A stretch of DNA of 62,941 bases, filler included, from Anaerolineae bacterium (GTDB lineage: Bacteria; Chloroflexota; Anaerolineae; Epilineales; Epilineaceae): NCBI GenBank assembly GCA_029262755.1. It is 5 parts of 5 records of this genome, joined end to end, with 100 filler letters (N's around TTAATTAATTAA, not from the genome) between each part and the next. Parts side by side here need not be neighbours in the genome. Positions count along the whole stretch, not along the records: positions 37,992 to 51,799 come from JAJCYU010000065.1; 4 more parts are not named here. One strand, given 5' to 3'. Positions 41,801 to 50,159 of this stretch are shown here, piece by piece. The notes under the pieces were generated by a model that did not search any database, was not told the origin of the DNA, and saw only the letters and a list, made by a program, of their open reading frames with translations. The stretch's first letter is position 1. Each line of letters begins with the position of its first letter. A program made the translations under genes and the position numbers.

Positions 41801-42353
41801 TGAGGCCGGCGTGCGCGTGCAGCTGCACTACCGCGACTGCGGCTTGGCTGGACTTTATGTAGAGCGCCTGCGCGTGCTCGACAACGCCGCGGACGGTGGC
41901 ACGCAGCAGCCTGCGGAGCGCACGATCGTCATGGGTGGAACCGTGAAGAGTGTCGATCGCGACGCCTCGCCGATGCGTGTCGAGTTCGAAGATTTCGATG
42001 GACGACGCTGGCACGTCGATGTGCCCTCCGATACGAGCATTCAGGGCGGCACGCTCGACTCTCTTGCCGCCGGAATCCGGGTCCAGCTTACGGCGACCAT
42101 CGTGGACGAGAACAAGGGCCTCCTGCGCGCAAGCAAGTTCCAGTTGTTCGCACCCCCGCCGACCGGCACGCCCATGCCGACCGCAACGCTGACCCCACCG
42201 GTACCGACAGCGACGCCAACGGTCGAGCCGATCCCAACGCCCACCGTCCTGCCGGACGGTGGAGCGCCGGGTATCGAGCCGCCGCCGAATCCTGGTGCTC
42301 CCGGCGTCCCCCCGCCCGGCCAGGCACCACCGGACGACGAGGAATCAAGCTAG
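38868..42353 (+). CDS. putative anti-sigma factor: five N-terminal helical repeats, TM, DUF5667-like and DUF5666-like domains
   Basis: Follows the ECF gene; LDAC...GDSLEQCLADFPDLAAELRALL unit with four further degenerate copies; TM then NTLPGEPLYAMKR; PT linkers; OB-fold-like repeats. Confidence 0.8.
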   Translation: MREGKRNGDHPDARVAEALDACVVRMREGDSLEQCLADFPDLAAELRALLGVAEALDGRDGAGARSVSVTGAPSVGRSTAASDLADTAALTGVTPPPAPRGLRPGRARMLAAAQAMRSGTTPQAAGMHSDPAFADPVMDGQAARTSEDASLMHGAADLPELLDRALARIAAGVSTEQILAELAGRPRTVATLRPLLDTAQRVQAAAVEPQASAALAAGLDRLLATARSMASSVTASAAQTATKPADARNGHASKHSVQQTFATDGLAPALDAAIERITGGSDVHAALSAHRDEPAVAAALAPLLDLAAHLRSDVWTVPDKDAAVARARSRFLTVAATARSVVQAAGASLEAAHESAASELVHAAQQTDTSAADERSAAAGSESDWLDAALTWRREQPLRSAMDALRAVGVPAASRPELMALLSMAEHAQTEAVVPPVPSEASARERFLAAASVAASAVAQDHVSPALLERLDQAVARVKAGTNVESALLAAGTPADQAMLRDLLAVAGWVTTDHVTAPIPADGLAAGRARFLAVGAEARRHRVAMARTGQRAAETRRPVRETAVAAWFATLRGFVNGGLASGPRAAAMAAGVLLMFLGANAVAYPAYANTLPGEPLYAMKRLSRSTRLVVVGALSPVSPERADTWRGQIEQDRVQEVRQLQDDGRKEVAEFSGRLAGYQRVGEGSSGYGSIHVAVEQDEPDLGLELVIVGWDADTEFSLPAGYPDMDAVPRGAPISVRVQTGTERLRALRVRIGLLTPTEVLTATPTTTATQRTPASPNPSGTGTPTLVPTVPVSATATLSATLTPAASPTVSATATIPLPTLTPVLTPTLAATPTATPPRPGKSVARPDTEVVRGYVVDLSHNVDAGHWVLVLQIGEDAANQRKIDVSALALDKNVATEWSAMRPGARVALDVLPRDDGRMWVAKSFAGRVKAPSCSNGQRIAVVAAYEAGQSLRLHGEDTEFRLNEMAEDALVGQVEAGVRVQLHYRDCGLAGLYVERLRVLDNAADGGTQQPAERTIVMGGTVKSVDRDASPMRVEFEDFDGRRWHVDVPSDTSIQGGTLDSLAAGIRVQLTATIVDENKGLLRASKFQLFAPPPTGTPMPTATLTPPVPTATPTVEPIPTPTVLPDGGAPGIEPPPNPGAPGVPPPGQAPPDDEESS

Positions 42354-42479
42354 TGCGCAGGCCCCCGGCAGGGGCTTGGGTGGCGGGTCGCGCGAGATCT
42401 ATAATCGCCGCGCTCCCCACAGAGCACATACGACGCATCAAACGACGTTCAACGACATCACGAGTGGGCGGATCACGGC

Positions 42480-45400
42480 ATGGCTGAACGCATCAGCGAC
42501 GGGCGGATCAACGGGGCGGAGGCGGGGCGCGTAGCAGCGCCACGTTCTTCGTCTGATCGCCGCGCAATCCGCGGGCGTCTTACGGTGTCGGCCTTCGCGC
42601 TCGCACTGCTGGGCGCCGGCGCCGTATCCACCTTGCTCTCCTCGACGCCCTCCGCTCCGGACGGCGAAACCGCCTCGCTACTTCAGCAGGCGACACCGAC
42701 TGCGGGTCCAGGCGGCATCGTTCCGGGGGCTGTGCTGTCTTGCTCCATCGTCGGTCTACTCGACCAGGTTGCCATCGAGAACGGCGAGCTATGGGGTCGG
42801 TTGCAGAACACGGGCGCGGCGGACGCCGCCCCCGGCGCCGTTGAACTCGGCTGGGCAGGAAGCGCGCGTCTGCGGCAGGTAGTCAGCAAGGATGCAACCG
42901 GCCGCGAACGTGTGCTTTTCGAGGGCGATGTGGCGAGCCCCGCGTTCGTCTCGCTCGCCGACGCTCCGGCGATTGCTCCCGGCGCGACGGCCGAGCTCGG
43001 GCTGCGCTTCGAGCTCCCGGTCGACGGCCTGCCCTGGACGCCCGGCCCCATCGTGATCCATATGAAGCAGGGTTGCCGGGTCGTGCTCGCGCCGATCGCC
43101 AAGGAGTCGCCCTGCGGCCTCGAGGTGCTCGAGGGACCACGCCCCGCGGATCAACGGCGCGAGGTCATCGAGGTCACGTTCCGAGGCACGGGTCAGAGTC
43201 TCGATCCACGAACGCTACGCGCATTGCGGGCCTCGTGGCCCGTGGAGGCCAACGGTGCGCTCCTGGCGCTCGAGGTCAACGGCCGCAATCGCATCACGCT
43301 CGACGAGCCGCTGACCAAGTCGCCCGCCACCCTGCCGCTGGATCGTTTGCTCGGTCGTGGGTTGCACTTCCTGGACGGCGAGCGGCTGACGCTGGGCCTC
43401 GTCTTCGCGAAACCCGTGGCGGAAGCACCGTATGTGATCACGATCGCATCCGAGACCTGTTCCACGTCCGCAACGACGTGGCTTGGCGCGCCCAGTTGCG
43501 GTCTCACGGCGCGGGACATGTCCTTCGAGAACGGCCTGGCCCTGGTGCGCGTCTCCAACTCGCAGGCCTTCCCCATCGGCTTGCGCTCCGTCTCCTTGTT
43601 CTGGCCGGTTGCGCTGAACGGTCCGCTGGTCGAGGTGACCGCGGACGGTAAGGCGATCTGGAGCGGCGAGGAAACACGGTCGCCTGCGACGGTCTCGCTG
43701 CGGGAATCCGTCGTGCTCGCGGCGCAGGGCGGCGCGGAGCTACGGCTGCGCTTCGGCGGCGCCCCTCCGGACGCTTCGTCCGGCGGATCGGGCGGTATCG
43801 GGCGTGCGGCATACACGGTCGTGGTCGAGAGTTCGGGCGGCTGCCGCGTAGCATTTAGTGGCCGCGAGACGGTGACCGGATGCAACGTATCGGCGGGTCA
43901 ACCGGTCGCGGTCCCGGAACGGAACGGTCTGCGATTGGACTTGAGCAACGCCGGCGGCGATGCGCGCCTGCGCGAGGTCGCGTTGGCGTGGAATGCCCAG
44001 AACGGTGCGTTGACGGGCATTACGCTCGACGGCACGTCGCTGTTCAAGGGTTCGAAGCCTCATTCCACGGTGGCGTTCACATTGCCGCTCGCGGCGGATA
44101 TGCGGCCCCTCCTACCGCGCAACGCGCGCCAGGAGTTGTGGCTTAGCTTCGAACGGCCGCCGGCGGTGGACGGCTACCTGATGCAGCTTTCGTTCGACGG
44201 CGCCGACAAGCTGCCGTGCCAAGATCTGCTTATCAGCCGTCCACTCGCACCCCGGCCGGTTGAGGAATGCCCCTACGAACTGAACGATGTGCGCTTGCAG
44301 GACATCGACGTGCTGGCCAGCCTGCGCTCGCGCGACGCGACGCGCGGCGGCGAACTCGTAGGACTACGCGTGGAATGGCCGACCGAGCAACGGCTAGAGC
44401 CGCTGCGTCAAGTCGTGCTGATCGACGAGGCGGGTGTGGAAACCGTTCTTTGGGCCGGCAGCCGCGCTGCGTCACCGCTGGATGTCGGCGTGCGTTCCAC
44501 CATCTTGCTACCCACGTCCAACTACACGCTGCGGCTGCGGTTTGCGGGCCTCATCGAAGGCGTCAACGATCCTGGCGAGACCTTCAGCATTCGTCTGGAG
44601 CTGGCCGACGGCTGTCAGATCGTCGATCGTAGGGCCGAAGATGCCCCGCCCAAACGAGAGGTCATCGAAGGCGTCCTACAAGCGCCGTTGCCGACGCCGC
44701 TCCTGTCGTGCTGCTTGCTGGTTCTGCGCTCCGACAACAGTGGAGCCGCGGTGCGCATCGAAGCCGACCAGCGCACCCGGATCGAACCCGACGCGGTGAC
44801 CCCGCATCCCGGTGATCTGGTAAGCATCGACGCGCTTCGCTTCGGACCGGACCGCTACGTCGCCGAGCGGATTCGCTTCATTCGATTCCGTCCCACCGAG
44901 CGTCTCGTGGGTCGGATCGACAAGATTGCCGAGGATCCGAACCCAACAACCGGCCTGCCCGCGTGGATCTCCGTCATCGGCCGCAGGACCTATATCGTGG
45001 AGCGCACCGTCGTGGACGGTCGGCTCAGCGTGGGGGCCGTTGCGTCCGTCGTAGGCGAACGGAATCCGGACGGCAGCTTGACCGCGCACACGATCAACGT
45101 CGCCGGCCGCAACGCGGCCCGCGAGTTCGTCGAGATCGAGGGCATCGTCCAGAAGGCCATCGCGGCGGAAGACGTGCAAGTGCCCGACCTGCGACAACTC
45201 TGGTCCGTCGGTCGCTACGACGTACGGGTCATGGTCGGCACGCTGGTAACGGGGGGCTCAATCGTCCCCGGCGAGGACCCGGAGCCGCCGCGGCCCGGCA
45301 CGGGCGTGCGCGTGTACGGTGCCACGGTGCCCGCCGCGGATTCGTCGGGTGGCCGCATCACCATCGACGCGGAGGAGATCGAGATCTTCACGCCCACGCG

Positions 45401-45632
45401 CCCACGTTCGCTGGCCGGGCGGATCGAATCCCTGCCGGCGGGAAGCCTGATCGGCGCTTGGACGGTGCGCTCCGCGGCCGGCGAGAGCGTGACCTTCCAG
45501 GTCAGCTCACTCGCCGTCGTCGACTCTCGACTGGCGCCGACCGAGGTCGGATTGTGGGCGAGGGTACGCCTCGAATCGGATGGCGCAGACGGTTGGATCG
45601 CATTGGACGTCGAAACGGATTGGGAAGAGTAG
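42480..45632 (+). CDS. secreted protein with Cys-bounded beta repeats and C-terminal DUF5666-like domains
   Basis: N-terminal TM; five repeats with W-P..NG.L..V..G...W/F; T.V.G.L.VG..V.V.G...DG.L.A..I OB-like units; TATAAT at 42400. Confidence 0.75.
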   Translation: MAERISDGRINGAEAGRVAAPRSSSDRRAIRGRLTVSAFALALLGAGAVSTLLSSTPSAPDGETASLLQQATPTAGPGGIVPGAVLSCSIVGLLDQVAIENGELWGRLQNTGAADAAPGAVELGWAGSARLRQVVSKDATGRERVLFEGDVASPAFVSLADAPAIAPGATAELGLRFELPVDGLPWTPGPIVIHMKQGCRVVLAPIAKESPCGLEVLEGPRPADQRREVIEVTFRGTGQSLDPRTLRALRASWPVEANGALLALEVNGRNRITLDEPLTKSPATLPLDRLLGRGLHFLDGERLTLGLVFAKPVAEAPYVITIASETCSTSATTWLGAPSCGLTARDMSFENGLALVRVSNSQAFPIGLRSVSLFWPVALNGPLVEVTADGKAIWSGEETRSPATVSLRESVVLAAQGGAELRLRFGGAPPDASSGGSGGIGRAAYTVVVESSGGCRVAFSGRETVTGCNVSAGQPVAVPERNGLRLDLSNAGGDARLREVALAWNAQNGALTGITLDGTSLFKGSKPHSTVAFTLPLAADMRPLLPRNARQELWLSFERPPAVDGYLMQLSFDGADKLPCQDLLISRPLAPRPVEECPYELNDVRLQDIDVLASLRSRDATRGGELVGLRVEWPTEQRLEPLRQVVLIDEAGVETVLWAGSRAASPLDVGVRSTILLPTSNYTLRLRFAGLIEGVNDPGETFSIRLELADGCQIVDRRAEDAPPKREVIEGVLQAPLPTPLLSCCLLVLRSDNSGAAVRIEADQRTRIEPDAVTPHPGDLVSIDALRFGPDRYVAERIRFIRFRPTERLVGRIDKIAEDPNPTTGLPAWISVIGRRTYIVERTVVDGRLSVGAVASVVGERNPDGSLTAHTINVAGRNAAREFVEIEGIVQKAIAAEDVQVPDLRQLWSVGRYDVRVMVGTLVTGGSIVPGEDPEPPRPGTGVRVYGATVPAADSSGGRITIDAEEIEIFTPTRPRSLAGRIESLPAGSLIGAWTVRSAAGESVTFQVSSLAVVDSRLAPTEVGLWARVRLESDGADGWIALDVETDWEE

Positions 45633-45637
45633 TGACC

Positions 45638-47215
45638 ATGCAAGCGCGCTGGGTTCGGGCCTCCGCTTTGCCGCTCGTCGGCCTCCTGAGCATCTTGATG
45701 CTCGGGCTTGCCTCCGCGCACCCCGGGCACGCCGGCGCAAGCGCCCGGCCCGCGTCGGGGCCGGCGATCGCCGCCGTGCCTGCCTTGGTCAACCAAGACC
45801 GGTCGCAGCTCTCCGTCGCAGGGGAAGCACGCCGGCCCAGTGTCGCGATCGCGATCGACGAAGCTGCTCAGTTGGCCACGATCCACGTCGTGTGGCAGCA
45901 GGCATCGCTGCACCTTCCCGGCCACTACGATCTCGTACACCGCTTCCGCCCGTACGACCTGCGCGATGCTTCGTGGGTCACATCGGACTGGTCCGTCCCG
46001 AAGATATTCCAGACGCCGGGCGAGGCCGTCTCCTTGACCGCGTCCGGCGGGCGCGTGTTCGTCGCGTTCGAAAAGCCGGTTGCCTATGTGGGCGACAAAC
46101 CTACCATTCGGTTGCGGCGTTGGGACACGGAGGGGCTTGAGTGGAGCCAAGAGCTCACCGTGACGCCGGACAACGTGATCGACGAGGCGGAAGAAGGCAA
46201 CCAGCCAACATTGGCCGTGGACGTCGCACAGCCCAACCGACTGTGGCTGGCCTGGATCGACAACCGCAACAACACGCGCACCGCCTATGCAGCCCGACTT
46301 GGGCTCGACGGCACCGTGGAGCTCAGTGGTCCGATCGACAGCGGCTTCGATGACGTGCAGTCGCCGTCGATCGACGCCGATCACGAAGACCAAGGCAGCG
46401 TATGGGCCGCCTGGAGCACCCACGTGGCGTTCGGCGACCGGACCGAAGGGCGCGTCTGGCGGGCGGAGCATCAGCGCGACGAGAACTCGTTGACCTGGCG
46501 GCAACCGAAGTGGCTCAACAAGCAGAAACAGGGTTCGGGCCCGCGGCTGGTGGTCAGCGCGGACGACGTGTGCGTAGCGTGGCAGGAGCGGATCGGCGAG
46601 GTGCCCGGGTTGCCGGACATCCTGCTCGATTGCGCGAGCAGCCAGAAAATCCACAACTTCAGCGACTCGGCGGGTGTCCTTTCGAGCGCACCGGGCCTCG
46701 CCTTCGGCGAAGGTATCGGCGCGATGCTTGCCTGGCGCGAGGGCAGCCCCCCGACCGACGCGATCGATTTCCGACTGGGCCCGCCGCCGTCCGAAGACAC
46801 GCACCAAGTCGATCAGGGAAGCGTACGCTCGCCCGCGCTCGCCTTCGACGGCAGCTCCGTGCACGCCGTATATGTGCTCGGCAGCGGCGCGGAGGCACGC
46901 ATCTTCTATACCCGCCTCGAAGGCGTGACCGCACCAGCGACGCCGACCAATGCGCCCACCGCTCCTTCGGCGACCGCGACGTCGCGCGCCAGCGCCACGG
47001 CAACGGTGAAGGTGCCGGCGAGTGCAACGCCGACCGCAAGCGCAACGGCGACGAAGGGCACCCCGACGCGAACACCGACCACGGAGCCGACGACCGGTCC
47101 GGGGACGCCGTCGGTCACCCCGACGCCCACCGAAGATCGCCCGCGGCACACGATCTTCATACCGTACACGAGGCGTCCTCCGCTCCCCTCCGATCCCACG
47201 CCCACCCCCCGCTAG
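45638..47215 (+). CDS. secreted beta-propeller-like protein with PT linker and C-terminal IFIPYTRR motif
   Basis: Signal peptide; repeated P.[IL]A......[HW][VL][AV]W units; ATG 6 nt after the previous stop. Confidence 0.75.
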   Translation: MQARWVRASALPLVGLLSILMLGLASAHPGHAGASARPASGPAIAAVPALVNQDRSQLSVAGEARRPSVAIAIDEAAQLATIHVVWQQASLHLPGHYDLVHRFRPYDLRDASWVTSDWSVPKIFQTPGEAVSLTASGGRVFVAFEKPVAYVGDKPTIRLRRWDTEGLEWSQELTVTPDNVIDEAEEGNQPTLAVDVAQPNRLWLAWIDNRNNTRTAYAARLGLDGTVELSGPIDSGFDDVQSPSIDADHEDQGSVWAAWSTHVAFGDRTEGRVWRAEHQRDENSLTWRQPKWLNKQKQGSGPRLVVSADDVCVAWQERIGEVPGLPDILLDCASSQKIHNFSDSAGVLSSAPGLAFGEGIGAMLAWREGSPPTDAIDFRLGPPPSEDTHQVDQGSVRSPALAFDGSSVHAVYVLGSGAEARIFYTRLEGVTAPATPTNAPTAPSATATSRASATATVKVPASATPTASATATKGTPTRTPTTEPTTGPGTPSVTPTPTEDRPRHTIFIPYTRRPPLPSDPTPTPR

Positions 47216-47356
47216 CGGTTCGTAGGGCGAGTGGCAGGAACCGGGAATAGAGCCGGGCAGGAACGGACAAGAGGAACGGGGGGAATGGGGAAGGGCCTGC
47301 ACTGAGTTCGCACGCGAACAGCCACGCGGCCCTGGAAACGACTGTCGATCGTCGCT

Positions 47357-47752
47357 TCATCCCCCGCGCGGTGTCGCCGTCACGATCCGAGGCGGCGTCG
47401 CCGTGGGCGCAGGGGTATCGGTCGCGCGCTCGATCGGCAGCGGCAGCGGTGCGACCACGGTGGGTGCCGCGAAGGGCTCGTTGCCCGTCTCCGCGTCCAT
47501 ACGTACGGGCAAGCCGGGAAACAGCACACCGGCCACCGTACGTACGCCAAGCGCGATCGTGCCAAGAAGCAGGAGGGTGATCAGCGCGCGCACCATGCGC
47601 CCTGTCGCCGACTCGCGTTCCAGGCCGAAGGCAGCGTGCCGTCGATCTTGGGCGGCCCGCAACGCATTCGCGCCCTCTCGCAGCGCAAGGAGCCCGAGGA
47701 GCGCGAGTAGCCACGGCGCGTACGCGGCAATGGCCTCCACGACGATCGTCAC
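47357..47752 (-). CDS. small membrane protein
   Basis: Two TM helices flanking AAFGLERE; Pro/Thr tail; downstream of prs. Confidence 0.65.
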   Translation of the reverse strand: MTIVVEAIAAYAPWLLALLGLLALREGANALRAAQDRRHAAFGLERESATGRMVRALITLLLLGTIALGVRTVAGVLFPGLPVRMDAETGNEPFAAPTVVAPLPLPIERATDTPAPTATPPRIVTATPRGG

Positions 47753-47768
47753 CCGTCGCCGCTAGCGG

Positions 47769-48758
47769 TCACTCGTTGAACATCTCGCCGACCGAAAGGC
47801 CGGTGTGGATGCGCCGAATGACTTCGCCGAGCAAGGGGCCGACATCCAGCACCTCGATGTTGGGAAGCTGCTTTTCCGCGGGAATCGGCACCGTGTTGGT
47901 CACGACGATCCGTTCGAAAGGTGCTTCCCGCAGCCGTTCCGTGGCCGGAGGCGAGAAGATGGCGTGGGTGGCCAACGCATATACCCGCCGCGCCCCGCGC
48001 GCCTTTGCAAAGTTCGCGGCGCGCACCATGGTGCCTGCCGTGTCGATCTCCTCGTCGATGATCACCACATCGCAGCCATCGACTTCGCCGATGAGGTTCA
48101 GCGCCTCGGTTGATCCTCCGTCACGGCTGCGTCGCTTCTCGATCAACGCAAGAGGCATATCGATCTCTTCGGCGAAGTTCCGTGCGTCCTTCGCGCGCCC
48201 GAGGTCCGGCGAGAGCACAACGCCGTTGGTGATGCCCTGCCCGCGCACCCAATCGGCGAGCATGTGCTGCGCGGTGATGTCGTCCACGGGAATCGTAAAG
48301 AAGCCCTGGATCTGCCCGACGTGAAGATCCATCATCAGCACCCGGTCGGCGCCGGCGGTCGTGATCATGTCGGCGACGAGCCGCGCGGTGATGGGCACGC
48401 GGGGCTGGTCCTTCTTGTCGCTGCGCCCATAGCCGTAGTACGGCACAACGGCGGTGATGCGCCCTGCCGAATCACGGCGCAGCATGTCGATCGCGATCAA
48501 CAGTTCCATGAGGTTGTCGTTGGCCGGTGCACAGGTCGGCTGAATCCAGAACACATCGCAGCCGCGCACCGATCGATCGAGCTTCATGAACGTATTGCTG
48601 TTGGGAAACTGTCGGATGTCGCTGGGGTGCAGATCTACGCCGAGATAGGCGCCGATCTGGTTGGCCAGCGCCGGATTCGCGGTACCCGAGCACAGCACGA
48701 GCTTGCCGTAGAGCAAGTCGTCGCTCGCGTCGGTTCCCGTCTTTGCACTGGACCCCAT
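47769..48758 (-). CDS. prs: ribose-phosphate pyrophosphokinase
   Basis: SVRGCDVF, NDNLMELL, PYYGYGRSDKK, DLH..QIQGFF, SPDLG, IDEEIDTAGT. Confidence 0.96.
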   Translation of the reverse strand: MGSSAKTGTDASDDLLYGKLVLCSGTANPALANQIGAYLGVDLHPSDIRQFPNSNTFMKLDRSVRGCDVFWIQPTCAPANDNLMELLIAIDMLRRDSAGRITAVVPYYGYGRSDKKDQPRVPITARLVADMITTAGADRVLMMDLHVGQIQGFFTIPVDDITAQHMLADWVRGQGITNGVVLSPDLGRAKDARNFAEEIDMPLALIEKRRSRDGGSTEALNLIGEVDGCDVVIIDEEIDTAGTMVRAANFAKARGARRVYALATHAIFSPPATERLREAPFERIVVTNTVPIPAEKQLPNIEVLDVGPLLGEVIRRIHTGLSVGEMFNE

Positions 48759-48833
48759 GGCGTACCTCCGATGGCGTGGTCTGCTCGACGGGGGATGATA
48801 CCGGTCGAGGGTCGATCTTGTCACGTTGTAGGC

Positions 48834-50159
48834 CTATTCGGCCCGCAACGCCCGCAACGGCTTCATGTTGGCCGCACGAAGCGCAGGAAAGACCCCGCTG
48901 ATCAGGCCGATCAGGGTGGCGAAGCCGATCGCGAAGAGCATGAGCCACAGCGGTGTGACCACAATGTGCTCGGGCGCGTCCGCACCGCCGCCCTGGCGTG
49001 CCAGAAAGCCGCGGAAGAAGAGATCGATGGCAAAGCCTGCCATCCAGCCGAAGGCGACACCAAGGCCGCCACCGACCAAGCCGATGGCTCCGGCCTCGCC
49101 CAAGAAGATGCGGAGCACGTCGTTGTTGGACGCGCCGAGCGCCTTCATGATCCCGATTTCCTTGGTCCGCTCATAGATTGCCATCGTCATCGTGTTCGCG
49201 ATCCCGATCGCCGCGACGAGCAGCGCCACGGCGCCGATTCCGCCGAACACGAGCTGGATGATCACAAAGACCTGGTTGATGCTGCGAAGCATCTGCATGG
49301 CCGAGAAGCTGTTGAGCTGGAGCGCCTCAATTTCCGCCTCGACGTCCTCCACGTGCTCGCGCGCATCCACCTTGACCAGGGCCTGACTGTAGCCGTCGCG
49401 CGGGTTGCGGCGCGTCCCCGTGTACCAGCGGTTGTATTCGTCCAGCTCATCCAGGGACAGAAAGATGCTGTAGTCGTTCTCGCCGCTCGACTCTTCGATA
49501 ATGCCGGCCACCCGCAAACGCTCGCGGCGTGTCAGCTCGTTGCCCTCGTCGTCGTATCGAGTCAGCAGCAGCGTCACGGAGCGACCCACCATGTTCACCG
49601 GATCCGTGGGCTCACGGCCACGGACGTTGCGCTCCGTGATCGCGCCGTCGCGGCCCACGGAGATAAAGCTCCCGCTTTGCCCTTCGAAGACGCTGTAGCC
49701 CGCCACGATTTGCCCGCCGCCGATTCGTGTGCGGCCCGCGGCCATCGTCCAACCCAGTTTTTCCACGGCCACGGGGTCCACGCCGTTGACCTGACCGTAG
49801 AACGAGTCACGTCCCACGATCAGCTCCGCACTCCCTTGCAGGCTCTCTCGTGGGGTCACAGCAACGACATGATCCAGTTCCTTCAGCGCCACGAAGGCTT
49901 CGCGGTCGAGTGGCAATCCGCCGCCGTCCGCATCTCCGAAGGGCCCCCCGGAACTCGTACCCGGGAAGACCGTGATGACCGTCAGATCGCCGAAGGAGTC
50001 CAGCTGCGAGCGCGTGCTGTTTTGCAATCCCACCGCGAGCGAGATCAGCAGGATGACGGCCGTCGTTCCGATGATTACGCCGATCGCGGTCATCGCCACG
50101 CGCCCGCGCATGCGGTTGAGGTTGCTCAGGATCAGGCGCAGCATGTCGCGTTGGCTCAC
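48834..50159 (-). CDS. MacB/FtsX-family ABC transporter permease
   Basis: TAIGVIIGT, periplasmic domain, GIANTMTMAIYERTKEIGIMKALGA, PALRAANMKPLRALR. Confidence 0.93.
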   Translation of the reverse strand: MSQRDMLRLILSNLNRMRGRVAMTAIGVIIGTTAVILLISLAVGLQNSTRSQLDSFGDLTVITVFPGTSSGGPFGDADGGGLPLDREAFVALKELDHVVAVTPRESLQGSAELIVGRDSFYGQVNGVDPVAVEKLGWTMAAGRTRIGGGQIVAGYSVFEGQSGSFISVGRDGAITERNVRGREPTDPVNMVGRSVTLLLTRYDDEGNELTRRERLRVAGIIEESSGENDYSIFLSLDELDEYNRWYTGTRRNPRDGYSQALVKVDAREHVEDVEAEIEALQLNSFSAMQMLRSINQVFVIIQLVFGGIGAVALLVAAIGIANTMTMAIYERTKEIGIMKALGASNNDVLRIFLGEAGAIGLVGGGLGVAFGWMAGFAIDLFFRGFLARQGGGADAPEHIVVTPLWLMLFAIGFATLIGLISGVFPALRAANMKPLRALRAE

